DNA from: the human T2T-CHM13v2.0 reference genome, Homo sapiens
DNA length: 64,000 nucleotides
Assembly (NCBI RefSeq): GCF_009914755.1
Contig: NC_060931.1
Direction: 5' to 3' (one strand)
A program made the position numbers and the translations under genes. Numbering within the stretch: position 1 is the stretch's first letter; every line of letters begins with the position of its first letter. Below the pieces are notes generated by a model. The model saw only the letters and a list, made by a program, of their open reading frames with translations, ran no database searches and was not told the DNA's origin. Positions 56,109-64,000 of this stretch are shown one piece after another.

Positions 56109-56931
56109 TAACTAATAAGGCTGCCAGTATTAAGGGAAGGAGAGAGTAACAGAGAGCTCTTCAGTAAGTCCAAATTGCAGTGAAAGTAACCTAACTAATC
56201 ATTGCAAATAGGGTGGATCGATCAGAAGCCAGAATCATCAAGGTGGCATGCACAGAAGCATTCAATTATTAAACAGAAATAGCATGGGAGACTGGGCACT
56301 GAGCACATCAGAATGCTCAGCAATTGCTATGGGCAGATGGCCCAGGCCCCCCTGCTGCCTGCTTCTATCACTCACAGCCTCTCCCTCCACTCACACCCGT
56401 TGCCTCATGGCGTTTCCACTATTGATCAGTTAATAGAAAAAAGGTGCAGCCTCTTCACTGCGGAGTCTGTGGCATGTGTTGGCACCTGCTGGCAGAGGAC
56501 CATTGCTGCCTTAAGGCCCCAATTAGGTGTGATTCTGAAACACAGGAATCAATGACCATCTTCCCATGGGACAAAATTTCCAGAAGTAAATCTCTTTGCT
56601 GGCTTTGCCTGAAAGAAAAGGTAGGCTGAGGCATGGACCCACAATAGCTTCAGGGGCCTGATTGCATGAGCAGGTAGCCCAAACCCCCTCGTTGCCCACC
56701 ACAGTTCCACCAGAGCCACTGCCCCAGTTCCTACTACAGCCTTGTTGGAGCTCCCATATGATCAGTGAAGGAGGAGGAGAAACCTGAGCTTGGCTGATGA
56801 TTCACTTGGCTCATTATATGGGTGCAAATGCATGACAGCTGTGTTACAGCCACATTCAGGGATGCCCTTGAAAGACTGCAGATAGAGGAACTTTTCCCAA
56901 TGGTTGAAGTTATTTAAGCAGGGCATCTGGC

Positions 56932-57447
56932 GTATTGTAAGACCTAAAAGTTCAAATGCTGCCTTGACACCTTTGGGCCTCCATGGCTCCAAGGTCTAAA
57001 CTTCTAGGTCCTCTTCTCTCCCAAGATACTCACAATCTCCACCCCCTTGTGGGATAGACTCCTACCCAGGTAGTTCTCCCATCAGGTGGGTGGGCTGCAT
57101 CCCACCTGGCCCTCAACCTAATGGGTTCCACCTTCCAGCAAACTGTTGGAATTACTCAAACAGGCTGTTCACATTCTCCTGTAATGAGCCACCACAATAC
57201 CCTCTTTATCAACTCGCCCACCCCCTGTCACTACAAAGCCTGCTTCCCCCTCCCCCGACCAGTGCACTCTGCTCCCAAGTGCGGCCTCACTCCCACGGTC
57301 CTCCTCCCTGGGCTGAGTCTATGTGACTGAGAAACTGCCATTGATCATACCTGTCCAGGGCCAGGTGTCACGTGTTCTGCCATCTTATACTGTTTTGGGC
57401 AGGGTATCCCTTCCTCATCAATGGGGTGAAGTAGAGGCAACCAAAGA
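56932..57447 (+). mobile_element. MER74/MER54-like ERVL LTR
   Basis: AAATGCTGCCTTGACA...CTACAAAGCCTGC...TCAATGGGGTGAAG. Confidence 0.6.
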
Positions 57448-57689
57448 ACCTAGTAATCCACGGCTTGTGGCCTGATGTGAGGGTGTGGATTGGTGGTCTC
57501 TGGTCACGGGGCTGGAAGGAAAAGGACTCCGCTTCCTGGTCCTCATTGTACATAGCAACAGGCAGGTGCTGCTGGCTGGGGCAGGTATGATTCCCAAGGG
57601 TCCAGACCCCTCAGGAACTGAGGCTCAATGGACACCATCAGGTAACCTGCTAAGGTGAGAGCTGAGGGTGAGGGGAATTTAGAAAGCTT

Positions 57690-59420
<1,731 letters not shown>

Positions 59421-60397
59421 AAATCTAGTCCCTGGGGCCCTCCCCTCATTCTTGCTGGAATCTTGTAGACATTCCTTGCAAACCCTTCAGTTATAGACAT
59501 TTTCCACCTTATGAGGCCTAGCCAGGTAATGCTACAACTTAACCCTGGGTTCTTTCCTGAAGCCAGGAGAAGGGGAGGGAGGAGGGCCTGAGGGAGTGGC
59601 TGCTGCCTGGGGGTGGAGTGGGGTAGAGGCACCTGCCACAGCTTCCAGACTGGAGAAAGAGCTAGGGAAGGGGTGGGGGCGACTTCTGCAAGCTCTGGGC
59701 TTCAGGGTGTCCTCAAGGACCGGCATTCTTTTCTTTGCAAGAAAGAGCTGTATGTAAAAATGTATTTCTCTGTATGGCTTTCCCTCAACAGTATACTCAG
59801 CCATTTGAGTATTGGGGCCATCCTCCAAAAAGCCAGATGGTTCTAGTAACTGAAGACAGATTTGACCTCACAAAATGCCAAACTCGTTCTTGCTTTCACC
59901 CCACTGCCAAAGAGGAGGAAATGCCTATTATAAAAGCAGCTTTCTGAAACACGCCTGGTAAACTGTGGATGCAGCTTACTGGCCTGGTTAAAAAGAGGCA
60001 GGAGAAAAAGGGCCTTGGTTATTCCCCAGCCCTCTCCCCACGTGTTTCTGTTTTCTTTCACTTTAATTCAGATACCTGAGGAATGCTAGGGGCAAAAGCA
60101 AACCAAGAATAACTGTGGTTTGTGCACTCAGTCTATGTGTAAAAGATACTTGGCTATTAACAAGAAATGTTACACATCCCACTGTTAGACACTTCCCAAG
60201 ATAATAATTTAATGTTATGAATATGACTCTTTGAAGATTCATGTTTAGCCTCTTACATCGTGGGACATTTCTAAGTTGAGACAAATAAGAAAGTAGAGAC
60301 AAATAATTTCTATTCTAGAATAAGATACTTCAAGTAATCTTATCTCAATAATTTACTCACTTTAGGCTAGTGAGTAACTTTATCCAATAAATAGGTA

Positions 60398-60724
60398 CAG
60401 TCATGTGTCACTTAACAATAGAGATATGTTCTGAGAAATGCACTGTTATGTGATTTTGTTGTTGTGCAAACATCATAGAGTTTATTTATACAAATCTGTA
60501 TGGGATAACCTACTACACCTTAGGCTGCATGGGATAGCCTATTGCTCCTATGCCATGAAGCTATACAATGTTACTACTTACATCAGCATTACAGCTGAGT
60601 AACATGTTGTGCTATTATGACTCATTAGGTGATAGGAATTTTTTTAGCTCCATCATGATCTTATGGGACTATCATTGTGTATGTGGTCTGTTGTTGACTG
60701 AAACGTTATTTTGTGGCACATGCA
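60398..60724 (+). mobile_element. Tigger3 (MER7)-type DNA transposon
   Basis: CAGTCATGTGTCACTTAAC...TTCTGAGAAATGC...GTTGACTGAAACGTT. Confidence 0.75.
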
Positions 60725-61475
60725 TTTTGATTTTCTTCTTCAGAAGATGAGCTCTCCTAGGCTACATATTTTGTGTTCGTCTAAGCATTTGGACTTGCTG
60801 AATACTGCAATAGGTGTTCATTGTGTTTACAATTGAGACCTCAACCGATCCTTCAGGGGCTTTGAGCAGGAGTTGCCTATCAGAACTGTCCCAGATTGGC
60901 AAGGGAGCTGGGACTCTGTATCCCTGCATCAGTCTGTCATTGGCTTCAGGTCACCTGCTGGGATGAGACAACACTGAGACAACATCGGCAAGGCTGTTTT
61001 ATGCAGCAGAGCTCAATTCCCAATGAGGGACATAGCTATAAGCCATCAACAGCTGATACTCAGAATCTAGGGAAGGAAGAATCGGTGCAGAGGGAGGGAC
61101 CTGGACAAATTACCATAGCATCCACTGCAGTCCACTCCTTATACCTCCAAGCCCACTTGCTTCTCACAGTGAGTTCTTTCCATCCAGGGTTCTGGTTGTT
61201 GGGACAAGGCACGACCCTCACTGTTGCAGCTGGTCTCAAGTCTGTGACAGATACTCATCTTCTCCCTTCTCCACTAGCTGCCTGTGTTTTCCTGCACCTG
61301 TGCTAGCATCTCTGTTGACCTTGATGTCAGAATCATCCATGAGGTAAGGCCCTCATCCCGGAGGGATCTGACCCACTGGTTACCAAGATCTTTTCATGCC
61401 ATGATTGCCACATCTATGTATTTACATTCTGGAGAATAACATGTCCATGCTAATCACTTTGCTGCCAAACACATC

Positions 61476-61846
61476 TGACACGGTTTGGCTGTGTCTCTAC
61501 CCAAATCTCATCTTGAATTGTAGCTCCCATAATCCCCACATGTTGTGGAAGGGAGCCAGTGGGAAGTGATTGGATCATGGGGGAGGTTTCTCCCATGCTG
61601 TTCCTGTGACAGTGAGTGAGTCTCGCAAGATTTGATGGTTTTATAAGCATCTGGCATTTTCCCTGCTGGCACTTCTCTCTCCTGCCGCCTTGTGATGAAG
61701 GTTGTGTTTGCTTTCCCTTCTGCCATGATTATGCATTTCCTGAGGCCTCTGCAGGCATGTGGAACTGTGAATCAATTAAGCCTATTTTCTTTATAAATTA
61801 CCAGTTTAGGTATTTCTTCATAGCAATGTGAGAATGGACTAATGCA
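61476..61846 (+). mobile_element. THE1D-like LTR
   Basis: TGACACGGTTTGGCTGTGTC...GAGAATGGACTAATGCA. Confidence 0.88.
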
Positions 61847-62313
61847 GTATCCTTCTCTGCTCCCTCCGTAGCCACAACCTGCCACCTCCTCATAATCAGT
61901 TACCCCTATCACGTTGCTGACTCTTGTCCTTGCCTGCTAGTCTCTTGGCATGAGCAGCCCAAAGTGAACAAGTTACATTGAACTATTGCTATGGCACCTG
62001 ATGGGAGCTCTGTCTCTCTAGGAACCAGAACCTCTAGACTCACAGAGCCTAAAGTCGCATGGACAAGAAGGACAACGTTGCCAGGTGGTCACTGATGTGA
62101 CAGGAAGCATGATGATGTGCTTCTATTTCATGATTTCCAGGCCTGTCCGTATAGTCTACCTTAAGGACAGCCCCATAAAAAGACATTGATTGATGGTATC
62201 GCTATCTATAGAGGGATGGTGTTGCAGAGTAGAGTCTCCTAGTAGTATCTTCCTAGCACATTTGAGAGGCCATCCCCCCTCTCCATCAGGCTGGCAGTTT
62301 CTGGGTAAAATAG

Positions 62314-62735
62314 TGTCTTAATTTCCTAGGGTGGCTGTTAACAATGTGCCACAATCTGTGGGGCTTAAAACAACAGAAATCAATTTTCCCACAGTGTGGA
62401 GGCTACAAATCTGAAATCAAGGTGTCAGCAGATAGGGCTATGCTCCCTGAGGGCTCCAGGGAAGAGTCCTTCCTTGCCTCTCTTGTTCCTGGTGTTGCTG
62501 GCAATCCTCAGTGTTCGTTGGCGTGTGGTGGCATCACTCGGCTCTGTCTTCACATGGCCTTTTCTCTCTGTGTCTGTGTCTTCACACATCCCTCTCTTAT
62601 GAGGTCACTGTCATTGGATTTAGGGCCCACATTAATCCAGTGCAATTTTAACTTGATTACATTAGCCAAGACCCTATTTCCAAAGAAGGTCACATTCACG
62701 GATACCAGGGGTGAGGACTTCAACACTTCTTTTTT
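62314..62735 (-). mobile_element. MLT1B/C-like LTR
   Basis: GGCTTAAAACAACAGAAAT...TTTCCAAAGAAGGTCACATTC. Confidence 0.75.
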
Positions 62736-63780
62736 CTCAATCGGGGAGAAGTGCAGCTCGACTTGCAACAAGGGTCTGTGATGGGACCCGAGGCCATGTG
62801 CTCATTGCTGTAAAGTGGGGCCATTGGTTCACAAGGATGCTAAATGCAATCCTGTATCAGAGGATGGAAACTTACAAAGGTCCTTGGACAGTGACCTGGC
62901 TGAGACTCTGCAGGCAGGAGAGGCAAATCCATCCCTGCTGATGAATAGCCGCTCTTCAAGGTGGCTGGTGATCCCCTTCCAGTGCTCTATGCTGCAGTGT
63001 ATGCTTTCTGGAGGATGTTAAAAGTGATAAAAACATATCCACACTTTGTCCTTATTCCCTGTGGTTCATCTACAAGCCTCTTTCACAGACATCCTTCCTT
63101 CCAGTCATTCACCTTCCAGACCTTTAGCCACTGTTCATGAGTCTGTATCATCTTCTTTCAGGCTGCTCCCCTTTCCAAACAAAATGGAAGATCAAGTGCA
63201 GCACCTAGAGCTCTGCCCCTTGGAAGGGTCTCCCCTGACTGCTGTCTCCCAAGGCCACCCAGAGTAGACATGAGACAGCAGCAGTCTTCTTGCTGACTTG
63301 CACCAACACATCAGGCTGACCCACCTGTGAATTCCCCTTGGCCCTGCTGGTGCCGCATCAGCTGGACATGTGGCCAGGGCTTTGAGCTGAGGGGTAGGTG
63401 CTTGTACAGTGATGACAGACAGCAGGGTGGTCTGGGCCACCTCTTGTGGAGCTGGCTTGCACCCTCCAGCTCTGCTCTGCACCACTTCTGTTTTATGCTG
63501 TTTTGCTGCTGAGCCCACCCAATCTTGTAGGTGGGTCTGCAAAATTCCACATCTTGATGGTTATATTTTGTTCCAGTGTCACTTAATGTCTCATGCTCAG
63601 ATGCTCTATTTCTGCCAGAGCCCTGGCTCACACAAACTGCTTTTCCAACAGTGTAATGTTTCCTGTTGTAGACGGAGTGACTTTCCTCCAGAACCCTCAG
63701 GGTCTATACTGTGACTCTTTTGCTGGTGTTTATCATAAAATCCTCATGGAGTTTTTTCCCATTACAGGTACTCCTAGTAA

Positions 63781-64000
<220 letters not shown>

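Larger units (their letters stand above)
54340..57685 (+). mobile_element. Fossil ERVL pro-pol segment (frameshifted), interrupted by LTR47, MER4A1 and MER74-like LTRs
   Basis: Degenerate motifs: protease PVRVG...LAQVH..TGPV; RT SWVINVDY, GTWYAVIKL (54811) and YIDNVIL (54978); RNase H region ~56745-56910. Confidence 0.75.

Overview
Primate (most likely human, chr7q36.2) genomic DNA. The only protein-coding sequence is the first coding exon of PAXIP1 (PTIP) on the minus strand (123-203, [27 protein letters not shown]). It lies in a bidirectional CpG-island promoter that also drives the divergent lncRNA PAXIP1-DT/PAXIP1-AS1 on the plus strand. The remaining ~61 kb is repeat-dense intergenic DNA; from recalled synteny HTR5A lies beyond the right edge, and none of it is visible here. 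Contents: roughly 50 Alus, old and mid-age L1s, L2/MIR, DNA-transposon fossils (Tigger4b, MER20, MER58A, MER47A, Tigger3), many solo LTRs (LTR8-like, MER41A, MER50, MER4A1, MER34, THE1, MLT1, LTR47, LTR16/33/41, MER74-like), fossil ERVL gag/pro/pol segments and two SVA remnants. Nearly all ORFs in the supplied track are repeat-derived or GC artefacts. I see no convincing new biological system. The best leads are a strong-context upstream ORF overlapping the PAXIP1 start, an SVA stub without a target-site duplication (TSD) at an apparent deletion, a 46-bp L1 TSD, a possible inversion inside a fossil ERVL provirus, an Alu-derived (GAA)24 tract and an Alu-Alu recombination scar. Repeat subfamily names come from recalled consensus sequences, not a database search, and repeat boundaries are approximate.
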